In this document: in pieces, positions 28,502 through 37,294 of the stretch | How the letters are laid out: every line of letters starts with the position of its first letter | How positions within the stretch are numbered: position 1 is the first letter of the stretch | From: Candidatus Micrarchaeota archaeon | GTDB lineage: Archaea; Micrarchaeota; Micrarchaeia; Micrarchaeales; Micrarchaeaceae | Direction of reading: 5' to 3' | DNA length: 51,098 bases | NCBI GenBank assembly: GCA_027345565.1 | Contig: DAHWIF010000001.1 | Span: forward strand, 1-51,098 | Notes under the pieces: generated by a model | Databases searched by the model: none | What the model saw: the letters and a program-made list of their open reading frames with translations, nothing else | What the model was told of the DNA's origin: nothing | Program-made: the position numbers and the translations under genes

Positions 28502-28576
28502 TGGTGGGCCTGTGGAGAGTCGAACTCCAGTCTCAAGCGTGTAAGGCTAGCGTCTTGACCGTTGGACGACAGGCCC
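28502..28576 (-). tRNA. tRNA-Val(TAC) with encoded CCA
   Basis: GGGCCTG/CAGGCCC acceptor, ctTACac loop, TTCGACT loop, A73 followed by CCA. Confidence 0.93.
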
Positions 28577-29251
28577 CTATTTGCCTACAAGTGCTGCATC
28601 CTCTATTATGTATCTTCCTACTGTGCCTTCTAATTCCTTTCTAGCCCTTTTAATCTCTATCCTTTTCCTGAATAGCGGAGCATCAAGCACATAGGACTCG
28701 GCCTCGCCGCCCTCGAACGACATGTTGACATGATACCTCTGGTTTATCGCCCTGAGGCGCTTTATCATGCCGCCGTCCAGCCTCGCGCCCAATAGGCTTT
28801 CATCAAAACCCTCGGCAGCGACCTGCGTTATTATCACGTTGAAGATGCCAGCGAGCTCCTCAAGCTCCTTCACGGGGTCGATGCCCCAGAGCGGAGCGTG
28901 GTGCACTATGCCAAGCCTCTCGCATATCCTGTTTATCCGGTCTCTCTGATAAGAGCTAGCTACAGCGCCAGTCACCAGTTCCGTAACTACGTTCTCCCTC
29001 AACGCATTCTCTATGTCCTCAAGCTCCTTCTCCTTCACGCCTTCCGTATCCCAAAACACCTGCCTGATGCCCATCGCCTCAGCCTGCAGCCTTGACCATT
29101 CTACATTCACCCTCTGTAACATGTAGCTGAAGCTGTTTTTTGATATCAAAGAGATTAGCAGTTCGACAGGCTTACCTGCATCGTGCATCTTGTGTATGGC
29201 TAGAGTGGAATCCTTACCTCCGCTGTAAAGTGCCGCTATCACCACCCTCAC
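28577..29251 (-). CDS. dph6: Diphthine--ammonia ligase (Dph6-like PP-loop ATPase)
   Basis: LYSGGKDS, GAVASSYQ, HAPLW and EGGEAESYVLDAPLF. Confidence 0.88.
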   Translation of the reverse strand: MRVVIAALYSGGKDSTLAIHKMHDAGKPVELLISLISKNSFSYMLQRVNVEWSRLQAEAMGIRQVFWDTEGVKEKELEDIENALRENVVTELVTGAVASSYQRDRINRICERLGIVHHAPLWGIDPVKELEELAGIFNVIITQVAAEGFDESLLGARLDGGMIKRLRAINQRYHVNMSFEGGEAESYVLDAPLFRKRIEIKRARKELEGTVGRYIIEDAALVGK

Positions 29252-29367
29252 CCAAGTTCTTTTACCAGATTCTCCACAGAATGTTTTTTCGTAAAATTCT
29301 TGAAAAACGCCTCGGCTGTCTGACTTCTTCCAGCGTTTGACCTACAAATAAATAATACCTCTGTCAT
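29248..29367 (-). pseudogene. 39-aa N-terminal fragment of an ArsC/LMW-PTP family protein
   Basis: MTEVLFICRSNAGRSQTAEAFF (CX5R P-loop) followed by a stop; the remaining ~100 aa are absent. It overlaps its neighbours by ATGA and GTGA. Confidence 0.7.
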
Positions 29368-30008
29368 TTCCTCACTGTACTCGAAGGGCAAATATCCTTC
29401 AGAACACACTCCTCGCAATACTTCTTCCTTGCGGTGCATACGTCCCTGCCAAGCGCTATAAACAGGTGCGTCAGGTTCCTCCAGTCTTTCTTTGGAACTA
29501 TCCTCATCAGGCGTTCCTCTATCTTTACCGGGTTGGTGGTGTTGTAAAGGAAGAGCCTGTTTGCTACTGTGATGCAGTGCGTGTCGATCGCCATGCCCTC
29601 GTTGACGTTGAATGCATTCGATATAACTACATTGGCGGTCTTCCTGCCTACGCCAGGTAGCATTGTGAGTTCCGCTATGGTGTTCGGTATCTTGTCATGA
29701 AAATGTTCGTGCAGCATCTTTGCGGTTCCAACCATGTGCTTGGCCTTAACTCTGTAGAAGCCCAGGGTCTTCACGTACGGATAGAGATGCTTCGGCCTCA
29801 GCTTTGCCATGCTCTTCGGGTTTGGAAACTTCTTGAAAAGCGCAGGGGTTGCCTTGTCGACCTGCGCGTCGGTTGTCTGCGCTGAAAGCATCGTCGCAAC
29901 GAGCAGCTCCCACGGGCTCGAATGGGCTAGGGATGTGCGCATCTCGCCAGGATATCTCTTCTTCAGCCTGCGCAGCACAAGCGCAATGCTTTTCTCGGCC
30001 CCGCTCAT
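29364..30008 (-). CDS. nth: Endonuclease III (Nth) paralog 1
   Basis: LSAQTTD, HhH LPGVGRKTAN, AIDTH and 4Fe-4S motif C-X6-C-X2-C-X5-C. Start inferred at ATG 30008. Confidence 0.93.
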   Translation of the reverse strand: MSGAEKSIALVLRRLKKRYPGEMRTSLAHSSPWELLVATMLSAQTTDAQVDKATPALFKKFPNPKSMAKLRPKHLYPYVKTLGFYRVKAKHMVGTAKMLHEHFHDKIPNTIAELTMLPGVGRKTANVVISNAFNVNEGMAIDTHCITVANRLFLYNTTNPVKIEERLMRIVPKKDWRNLTHLFIALGRDVCTARKKYCEECVLKDICPSSTVRK

Positions 30009-30059
30009 TCCATCGCTAGAATAAGATATTGCTAAATATTTATAGCCCTTCATAGCTTT

Positions 30060-30719
30060 ATGGCTGGGGTGAAGCTTCTTGACAAAGCGGCAGTCCAGAG
30101 AGCGATAAGCACCCTTAAGAAGGAATACCCCGATGCGAGGGAGATACTCAACTTCTCAAACCCGCTTGAGATGATGGTCGCGATAATCCTCGCTGCAAGG
30201 TCAAAGGACGAGACGGTCAACTCGTGCACCGCTGAGATATTCAAGCGCTATAGGACGGCGAAGGACTACGCCTCGGCAAAACCGGAAGACATCCTCAAGT
30301 ACCTGCACGGAATACTTTTCGCCGGCAACAAGGCAAGGAGCATAATAAACGCGTGCAAGGAGCTGGAGCGGAAGTATGACGGCAAGGTCCCAAGCGACCT
30401 CGACAAGCTCGTCGAGCTTCCTGGCATAGGCAGAAAGTCAGCAAATACGATACTGATAAACGCATTCGGCATCGCGGAAGGCATACCGGCAGACACGCAC
30501 GTTATCCGCGTTTCATACAGGCTTGGCCTCACCGCCAGCAGGAAGCCCGATGAGATAGAGGCGGATCTGATGAGGCTTGTAGACAAGAGGGACTGGGGGA
30601 AGGTTGCGTACCTGCTGAAGTTCCATGGCAGGGCGGTGTGCAAGGCTCCTGTTCCGATATGCAGCAAATGCGTGCTGAAAGATTTATGCCCCAGGAATGG
30701 CGTAGCGAAGAGCGTGTGA
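30060..30719 (+). CDS. nth: Endonuclease III (Nth) paralog 2
   Basis: LPGIGRKSAN, PADTH and CKAPVPICSKCVLKDLC. Confidence 0.92.
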   Translation: MAGVKLLDKAAVQRAISTLKKEYPDAREILNFSNPLEMMVAIILAARSKDETVNSCTAEIFKRYRTAKDYASAKPEDILKYLHGILFAGNKARSIINACKELERKYDGKVPSDLDKLVELPGIGRKSANTILINAFGIAEGIPADTHVIRVSYRLGLTASRKPDEIEADLMRLVDKRDWGKVAYLLKFHGRAVCKAPVPICSKCVLKDLCPRNGVAKSV

Positions 30720-30723
30720 TCAG

Positions 30724-31182
30724 ATGACAAGGAAATGTATAGTTGCAGGCTGCCTGGTGATAGACAAGGGTAAATTGCTCCTGCTCAACCACTCTAAGAT
30801 AGGAGGATGGCTGCCGCCAGGAGGCCACATCGAGGAGGGTGAATTCCCTGACGAAGCCGCGCTGCGCGAAACAAAGGAGGAGACGGGGCTTGACGTGGAG
30901 CTGCTCTCCGACGATGCCATCAAGTATGCAGATGGAGATTCACGCACGATCGGCACGCCATTCACCATAACATATGAGGACATCCGATACAAGACAGGGA
31001 GCCACCACGTACACTTTGACCTTATTTATATCGCAAGAGTAAAGGGAGGATCGATAAGCGCCAAAAAGGAAAGCGATGAGGCAAGGTGGTTTACCTCTAA
31101 TGAGATAAAAGATCTGGATACGCTGCCGATTGTGAGGCACATCGCCCTGGAGGTGCTTGCGAGGTACGGCAGTTCGTTATGA
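30724..31182 (+). CDS. Nudix hydrolase
   Basis: Nudix box GGHIEEGEFPDEAALRETKEETGL. Confidence 0.92.
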   Translation: MTRKCIVAGCLVIDKGKLLLLNHSKIGGWLPPGGHIEEGEFPDEAALRETKEETGLDVELLSDDAIKYADGDSRTIGTPFTITYEDIRYKTGSHHVHFDLIYIARVKGGSISAKKESDEARWFTSNEIKDLDTLPIVRHIALEVLARYGSSL

Positions 31183-31261
31183 AAGTAGCGGCAATAGAAT
31201 GATATCCGACCTTCACATATGCTCAAGTTTCGCCACAGCATGCAGCTAGCGATCAAATGCA

Positions 31262-31283
31262 AGCGTGCAAGATAGAGCACGCT
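31262..31283. terminator. Hairpin between convergent genes (possible terminator)
   Basis: AGCGTGC-N8-GCACGCT 7-bp inverted repeat near the 3' end of the minus-strand ORF. Function is inferred only. Confidence 0.25.
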
Positions 31284-31288
31284 CTAGA

Positions 31289-31624
31289 TTATACGGGGCT
31301 TGCCTCTAGCGCATTTCCCTCGGAACGTCTTTCAATGGGTCTGGGAGTGCTTGTAGCTGCATAGAGCATATCCAAAGTGCTGGCGCCCGCCCTCTCGAGC
31401 GCCTGCCTTACATGCGCAAGATCTTCCTCGCCTACCGGCCGTATGCCGTTCGTTATCGGATAATCAGGCACCGAATGGTCTATGTCCAAACTCAGGAAAT
31501 ACAGGTGAAGCGCGTTGCGCTGCTCACTGTTGTGGCTGGCTGCCATATCCTGGAATCTGTCGACAAGCTCGTCTATTTTCCTCTGCCTTCCGGTTTCCTG
31601 TGCAGCAATACCGCTTACCGCCAT
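31289..31624 (-). CDS. Hypothetical protein
   Basis: ORF with TGTGA + 4 nt + ATG at 31624; no recognisable domain. Confidence 0.55.
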   Translation of the reverse strand: MAVSGIAAQETGRQRKIDELVDRFQDMAASHNSEQRNALHLYFLSLDIDHSVPDYPITNGIRPVGEEDLAHVRQALERAGASTLDMLYAATSTPRPIERRSEGNALEASPV

Positions 31625-31682
31625 GTAATCACAGACCATGTATTGCATGCGAACAGAATAAGAACCTTCTGTGCCACCCGTT

Positions 31683-31994
31683 TTATCTTATGCCAAAAAC
31701 CGCGCTTACTTTCGTATGCCTGCCCCTGAACCTTGCCTGCTCCAGCGCCGCAATTACGTTGCTGTAGTGCTTCATCGCTACCAGCGTTACGAAAAGCAGC
31801 GCCATCACTCCCATCTCCACCATTATCAGATCGCTGCTTATTGTAAGCATGAGCGCAGAGAATGCCGCTCTCCTTATCACAAGAAAGGACGCAGCCGCGA
31901 GTATGAAATCGAATGCCACTGATATGTAAGCCAGCTTCTCGAGTAGCCTCTCCACCCTTTTTATCCTTGCATGTTCGCTGTAGTACACATCCAT
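31683..31994 (-). CDS. Hypothetical membrane protein (2 TM)
   Basis: Two hydrophobic segments and an upstream TTTTAAG TATA-like element. Confidence 0.6.
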   Translation of the reverse strand: MDVYYSEHARIKRVERLLEKLAYISVAFDFILAAASFLVIRRAAFSALMLTISSDLIMVEMGVMALLFVTLVAMKHYSNVIAALEQARFRGRHTKVSAVFGIR

Positions 31995-32137
31995 CGCCAA
32001 GTGCCGTGTAAAGACCAATACGATAACTTAAAAATGTGAGCCAAAGCGATGACTAGTGGAAGTTTTGGCTTTTCACCAAAAATGCCCGCTACATAAAGGC
32101 TTTTAAATTATATCCGTGAGATGTACCGGGTGTAAGG

Positions 32138-32521
32138 ATGGCGGAATCGAAGCCAACTGCAGCATTCATACTGCTGCTGGTAGGAGGGATAATAGTGCTT
32201 GTTGGAGGAGTATCAGTGCTATCTGTGGGTTTGGTGTCCCAGTCTCTTGGCGCGACAGCATCAAGCGGCTCTGTAGTAGCCAGCAACTTTTTCGGCGCAG
32301 CTGGAACGATCGCCATAGCGTTAGGCGCTCTCGGCATAATCAGCGGCATAATCATGATACTATCGAGCGTGATGGCGTACACCAAGACCAGGGCTATCAA
32401 GACCTGGGGCGTGATAGGGCTTGTGTTCTCAATAATCAGCCTTGGCAGCGGCGGCGGCTTCATACTCGGCTTCATACTCGGCCTGGTAGGCAGCATACTC
32501 GCATTGGTATACAAAGGCTGA
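32138..32521 (+). CDS. Small 4-TM membrane protein (DUF4064-like)
   Basis: KPTAAFILLLVGGII...GGGFILGFILGLVGSILAL, with GGTGT + 4 nt + ATG. Confidence 0.75.
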   Translation: MAESKPTAAFILLLVGGIIVLVGGVSVLSVGLVSQSLGATASSGSVVASNFFGAAGTIAIALGALGIISGIIMILSSVMAYTKTRAIKTWGVIGLVFSIISLGSGGGFILGFILGLVGSILALVYKG

Positions 32522-32675
32522 GCACCGAGTTGTGGATACGGCCGCTTCCAACGCAGTATAGCAATTCATAGGGCTTGTGGAGCATAAAAGATAGGAAGAG
32601 AGGACTTGAGAGATACCTTTAAAATACTCGTTGCAGCTATATAACCAATAAAGGCATTGCAGCAGTCGTGTTTTT

Positions 32676-33098
32676 ATGCCGAATGAGCTTGACAATAAGA
32701 TAATCGCAGCAATCAGAGTGCGTGGCCGCGTCAACGTGAGGCGCAGCATCGCCGAGACGCTATCCAGGCTCAGGCTTAGGAGGGTGAACAACTGCGTGCT
32801 GATAAAGATGGATGATTCTTACACCGGCATGATCAAGGAATGCAGCGACTACATAACCTACGGTGAGATAAATGAGCAGTCTCTCGGCAAGCTGGTCAAT
32901 AAGTACGGCATAAAGGCCGATCCGAAGGAGATACTCGAAGGCAGGTATGACATGAAGGAGCTGAGGAAGAGCATGCCTTTCAGGCTGCACCCTCCAAGAC
33001 GGGGCTACAGGAGCATAAAGAGGAATGTGAAGCAGGGCGGTGCACTCGGGTACATGGGCCCTGAGATCAACCAGCTCATACGGAGAATGGTGAAGTGA
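32676..33098 (+). CDS. rpl30p: 50S ribosomal protein L30P
   Basis: AAIRVRG, TLSRLRL, ITYGEI, FRLHPPRRGY and GALGY. Confidence 0.95.
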   Translation: MPNELDNKIIAAIRVRGRVNVRRSIAETLSRLRLRRVNNCVLIKMDDSYTGMIKECSDYITYGEINEQSLGKLVNKYGIKADPKEILEGRYDMKELRKSMPFRLHPPRRGYRSIKRNVKQGGALGYMGPEINQLIRRMVK

Positions 33099-33496
33099 TG
33101 GTAGTAAGGAAGCAGAAGCGCAACCGCAAGTACCTCGGCACAAGGCGCTGGGGGGTAGGCAACATAAAGAATGCGAGAGGCGCTGGCGACCGCGGCGGCG
33201 TCGGCAGGGCGGGAAGCAGGAAGCACAAGTTCACCTACATGACATCAAAGGGCAGGGAGCAGATGCACAAGCGCGGCTTCCACCCGTGGGGCCTGAAGAG
33301 GCTGGAGGAGATCAACCTAATGCAGATAAGCGGCATGGTCAAGGAGAAAGGCGGCGCGGAGATAGAGCTGCGCAATTGCAAGGTGCTGAGCAACGGTACG
33401 CTGAGCGCGCCAATAAAGATAAAGGCCGCTGGGTTTTCTAAGGCAGCCGTGGAGAAGATAAAGGCTGCGGGCGGGGAAGCTATAGTAATAGATTGA
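33098..33496 (+). CDS. rpl15p: 50S ribosomal protein L15
   Basis: RGAGDRGGVGRAG, KVLSNG and FSKAAVEKIKAAGG, with GGTGA + 4 nt + ATG. Confidence 0.95.
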   Translation: MVVRKQKRNRKYLGTRRWGVGNIKNARGAGDRGGVGRAGSRKHKFTYMTSKGREQMHKRGFHPWGLKRLEEINLMQISGMVKEKGGAEIELRNCKVLSNGTLSAPIKIKAAGFSKAAVEKIKAAGGEAIVID

Positions 33497-33524
33497 CCGG
33501 GCCTTTCGCGGAACAGGGTTTTAC

Positions 33525-34736
33525 ATGGATTCTTTGAAGATAGCGTTTTATACTGACACGTACCTTCCTGCGGTTGACGGCGTAGTAACTTCGATACTTA
33601 ATGCGAAGGAGGAGCTTGAGCGGAGGGGCCACAAGGTCTACGTCTTCACCAGCGGCCACAGCATCGCCAAGCCCATTACTGAGATAGGCAAGAACACCTA
33701 CGCGGTGCACGGGGTGAGGTTCAAGACATACCCGCAGTACAGGCTCGCGCTCTTTCCCTTCCTCACCTCGCAAAAGCTCAACAGCATAAAGCCAGACATA
33801 ATACACGCTCACACGCCGTTCATGATGGGCCTTTCTGCGCTGGCGATGGCGAAGATAAACAAAATACCAATAGTGGGCACCTTCCACACGTTCTTCACGC
33901 ACAAGAGCGTAGTAGAGCAGTACGCCGGATCGCAGATAGCCCAGCGGGTGATGATGAGGACCGCATGGCCGTACGCAAGATTCTTCTTCAGGAGGTGCAA
34001 CGTGGTGATAGCGCCAAGCAGGTCGACCGAGAAGATACTGAACAGATATGGGATCACCAACACCGTTACTGTGCCGAACGGCGTGGACACAATGAGGTTC
34101 AACCCGAGGAACAGCGGCGTTGCGGTCAGGAAAAGGATTACGGACGGCAGGAGGCAAAAGGTCGTTCTTTATGTTGGCAGGATGAGCCGCGAGAAGAGGG
34201 TAGACGTGATACTCAAGGCGGCGCGCATGCTGGATAGGCATGACATCAGGTTCGTATTTGTAGGCACCGGGCCGGCAGCGCACCACTACCAGCACATGGC
34301 GATAAATTACAAGCTGCAGGGGAATGTGAGGTTCACCGGCTTTGTAAGCCATGAGGAGCTGCCCAAGTATTACGCAGCCGCAGACCTGCTCTGCACAGCG
34401 TCTACGTTCGAGACGCAGGGGATAGTGCTCCTCGAGGCGCTGGCTTCTGGCAAGCCGATAATCGGGCCGAGCCACCTCGCCATAAAAGAGATAGTTCGGA
34501 AAGGGCGCAACGGGGAGACGTTCGCGCCTGGAGACGCACGCTCCCTAGCAAGAGCGATAGAGAAGGTGCTTGGCGACACGAATGCCTACAAGGAAACGGT
34601 CAAGACCGCCGAGCTCTACTCGATAAGGAACGTCACAGATACGTTATTAAATGTATACAAAGATGTAATCTCAGGCAACGGTTCCTTGTACTTGACTGAT
34701 GAAGCAGCGCAAAGGCGATTCGCTGGCAGAAAATGA
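33525..34736 (+). CDS. GT4 glycosyltransferase
   Basis: DTYLPAVDGV, HAHTPF, VGRMSREK and ETQGIVLLEA. Confidence 0.92.
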   Translation: MDSLKIAFYTDTYLPAVDGVVTSILNAKEELERRGHKVYVFTSGHSIAKPITEIGKNTYAVHGVRFKTYPQYRLALFPFLTSQKLNSIKPDIIHAHTPFMMGLSALAMAKINKIPIVGTFHTFFTHKSVVEQYAGSQIAQRVMMRTAWPYARFFFRRCNVVIAPSRSTEKILNRYGITNTVTVPNGVDTMRFNPRNSGVAVRKRITDGRRQKVVLYVGRMSREKRVDVILKAARMLDRHDIRFVFVGTGPAAHHYQHMAINYKLQGNVRFTGFVSHEELPKYYAAADLLCTASTFETQGIVLLEALASGKPIIGPSHLAIKEIVRKGRNGETFAPGDARSLARAIEKVLGDTNAYKETVKTAELYSIRNVTDTLLNVYKDVISGNGSLYLTDEAAQRRFAGRK

Positions 34737-35421
34737 AAATAATACGGCAAATGCGCAGCATGGAGGGCTAAGCCAGACGCAGCAAGGCGGCAGCACGTTA
34801 AACAACATGATCAAGAGCTCGGCAGATCCGAAAGTGCAGGAGCTCGGCATGCAGATAGAGTTGCTCAAGAAGCAGAGGGCCTCGCAGATGGCGAAGATGA
34901 GGGAGAGCCAGTACAAGCTGAACTACAAGAAGAGCGAGCAGGATGCGCTTGCAAAGCTATCGGAGATAGAGCGGCAGAGGGGTGATAGGCAGGGCATAGA
35001 GGCGCTATCCAAGCTCAAAAGGCTCAGACACTCGATGGAGTTCAAGATTGCTACGGAGTCCCTATCACTGGCGCAGGAGAAGAGCATAGCCAGAAAGATA
35101 AGCGAGGTCAACGCCCAGATAGAGATGGCGCTCAAGCACGAGAGGTTCAAGAGGAAGATGAGCCTGGTCAGCAAGGACATAGAGGTCTACCAAAGCGCGC
35201 TCAACGACATCATCAAATCGATAATGGAGACGGATGCGAAGCTTGACGAGCTGTACTCCGCAGTGAGGAAGGCGCTCGGCATACATGGACGAAGGCCGCG
35301 AACGGCGCAGCAACACGGAGAGCATAGGCCTGCGCCTAAGCAGCAGGAGGTCAACCTCGAGGACATAGTCATAATAAAGAAGAAGGACGGCAAGGCGCAA
35401 AAGCCGCCCGAAAGCGCATAG
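34699..35421 (+). CDS. Archaeal coiled-coil protein
   Basis: Long helical Lys/Glu-rich sequence with MEFKIATESLSLAQEK. Alternative start CTG 34723 after GGCGA + 4 nt. Confidence 0.7.
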   Translation: MKQRKGDSLAENENNTANAQHGGLSQTQQGGSTLNNMIKSSADPKVQELGMQIELLKKQRASQMAKMRESQYKLNYKKSEQDALAKLSEIERQRGDRQGIEALSKLKRLRHSMEFKIATESLSLAQEKSIARKISEVNAQIEMALKHERFKRKMSLVSKDIEVYQSALNDIIKSIMETDAKLDELYSAVRKALGIHGRRPRTAQQHGEHRPAPKQQEVNLEDIVIIKKKDGKAQKPPESA

Positions 35422-35429
35422 TGTTTACG

Positions 35430-36740
35430 ATGAAAATATCATTTTTCGGCGGTGCTGGCGAGGTCGGCAGGAGCTGCATAATGCTCAGCACCAATAGCAC
35501 CAACATAATACTCGATTCAGGGGTCAAGCTGGGCGAGAAGATAGAGTACCCGCAGCTCGGCGATGACCAGCTCAGGTCGATAGACGGTATATTCATCTCG
35601 CACGCACACCTTGACCATGTCGGGTTCCTGCCGCACATATACTCTGCTGGCTACAAGGGAAACTACTTCGGGACTAAGCCGACAGTAGACATATCGAACG
35701 TGATGATAAGCGATTACATAAGGCTCTCCAACCCGAAGGACGTTACGAAGAGGGGACTGCAGGAGCAGTCAAGGCGCGCGAAGATAGTCGAGTACCACGA
35801 GGAATTCAGGTTCAGGGACCTCACAGTAAAGTTCATACCCGCCGGGCACATAATAGGCAGCTCCTTGATAGAGGTGAGCGATGGCAGGAACAGGGTCGTA
35901 TACACCGGCGACATAAACCTTACGAAAACAAGGCTGCTTGACGGCGCAGATGTAAGAAATCTCAGAGGCGACACCCTGATAACAGAGAGCACCTACGGGG
36001 CAAAGAAGGATGTTTTCCCTCCAGAAAGACGCGTGACCAGGGAGATGCTTGCGAGCATAAACGATACCATAAAAAGAGGGGGCAAGGTCATAGTGCCGAG
36101 CTTCGCAGTAGGCAGGGCCCAGGAGGTCCTCTTCATGCTCGACGATTACATCAATTCTGGAGTGCTGCCCAAAGTTCCGGTATACGTGGACGGCATGATA
36201 AACAAGGTGATGAGAATCTACAGGCACAACGTGCTTTCATGCAGGAAGGAGATACAGAGCAAGATACTTATGAGCGACTACGACCCGTTCAAGAGCCCGA
36301 ACTTCAAGCCTGTAGAGGCGAAGAGCCAGAGGAACAGGATAGCGAGCGAGAAGGAAGCTGCCATAATAGTCACTACAAGCGGGATGCTCACCGGAGGACC
36401 TGTGCTCTTCTATCTCTCCAAGCTGGCGAGGGAGCAGCAGAACAAGATGCTGATTGTCGGCTACCAGGCCATAGGTACGATGGGCAGGGCGCTACAGGAC
36501 GGGGCCAAGAGCATAAACCTGAATGGCAGCGACCTCCAGGTGCGCATGGACGTCAATACCTTCCACCTATCGGCCCATGCGGACAGGCCGCAGCTCGAAA
36601 GCCTGATGGGCAAGGTGAAGGGGCTGCGCAACGTGTTCATCGTGCACGGAGAGCTCTCCAAATCGAAGGATCTCATGGAATACGCATCAAAGCGGTGGGA
36701 CGCCAAGGTGCCTCTGATAAAGGAATCGTACGACATCTGA
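35430..36740 (+). CDS. beta-CASP metallo-beta-lactamase ribonuclease (aCPSF-like, no KH domains)
   Basis: FGGAGEVGRS, SHAHLDH, AGHIIGS, ESTYG, FAVGRAQE, TSGMLTGG, LSAHAD and VHGE. Confidence 0.93.
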   Translation: MKISFFGGAGEVGRSCIMLSTNSTNIILDSGVKLGEKIEYPQLGDDQLRSIDGIFISHAHLDHVGFLPHIYSAGYKGNYFGTKPTVDISNVMISDYIRLSNPKDVTKRGLQEQSRRAKIVEYHEEFRFRDLTVKFIPAGHIIGSSLIEVSDGRNRVVYTGDINLTKTRLLDGADVRNLRGDTLITESTYGAKKDVFPPERRVTREMLASINDTIKRGGKVIVPSFAVGRAQEVLFMLDDYINSGVLPKVPVYVDGMINKVMRIYRHNVLSCRKEIQSKILMSDYDPFKSPNFKPVEAKSQRNRIASEKEAAIIVTTSGMLTGGPVLFYLSKLAREQQNKMLIVGYQAIGTMGRALQDGAKSINLNGSDLQVRMDVNTFHLSAHADRPQLESLMGKVKGLRNVFIVHGELSKSKDLMEYASKRWDAKVPLIKESYDI

Positions 36741-36830
36741 GCCCTTCTACGAGTAGCGTACGCGTAGCAAAAGCATAAATAGACAAATGAAGCAAGCGAT
36801 AGCCAAAGGTTGCGGGGGGTGCAATCGGAA

Positions 36831-37178
36831 ATGGCCAAGGCTAAGTCTGGCAAGAACTCAAAGGAGATAGAACAGATACGCATGCTCAAGTCAGTGAACC
36901 AGATGCTGAAAAGCAGCGACATGGAGAATGCGTTGATCTCGAATTCTGCGAGAGACTCGGAGACCGTGCCAGATGCTGTCGTGGATGAGATGCTCGGCAG
37001 GATAAGCGCGGACAGGGAGCGAAGCGGGGCTATCCTTAATGTAGAGAAGTTCACAGGCGGGGCTGCAAGGCGCACGGCACAGCGGCAGAAGCCTGTGCAG
37101 CGCAGGACAAAAAGGGCGAAGCCGCAGCGCAAGGCGGGCGCAAGAAGGGGGAAATCCAGTAAGAGAAGAAGGCGCTAG
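36831..37178 (+). CDS. Hypothetical protein with highly basic C-terminal tail
   Basis: ORF ending in an Arg/Lys-rich tail; upstream TATA-like CATAAATA. Confidence 0.6.
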   Translation: MAKAKSGKNSKEIEQIRMLKSVNQMLKSSDMENALISNSARDSETVPDAVVDEMLGRISADRERSGAILNVEKFTGGAARRTAQRQKPVQRRTKRAKPQRKAGARRGKSSKRRRR

Positions 37179-37185
37179 AGAAGCC

Positions 37186-37193
37186 TTTAAAAA
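37186..37193 (+). promoter_or_regulatory. TATA box of tRNA-Ala promoter
   Basis: TTTAAAAA at -30..-23 from the tRNA 5' end, preceded by a purine-rich BRE-like GAGAAG. Confidence 0.6.
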
Positions 37194-37215
37194 TGACCCT
37201 ACTAATTTACTATGT

Positions 37216-37287
37216 GGGCTCTTGGCTCAATGGTAGAGCGTCCGCTTTGCAAGCGGAAGGTTGCGGGTTCGATTCCCGCAGAGTCCA
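37216..37287 (+). tRNA. tRNA-Ala(TGC)
   Basis: G3:U70 pair, TCCGC-ttTGCaa-GCGGA anticodon arm, TTCGATT loop, A73. Confidence 0.96.
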
Positions 37288-37294
37288 TCTAACT

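Noticed and set aside
32522-32675. Possible ncRNA in intergenic spacers (also 10505-10690, 18690-18918, 31183-31260, 49900-50050); the 11-mer GCAATTCATAG is shared by ~32562 and ~49998
   Set aside because: No complete C/D box set, SRP or RNase P signature is visible, and an 11-nt match in 51 kb can occur by chance.
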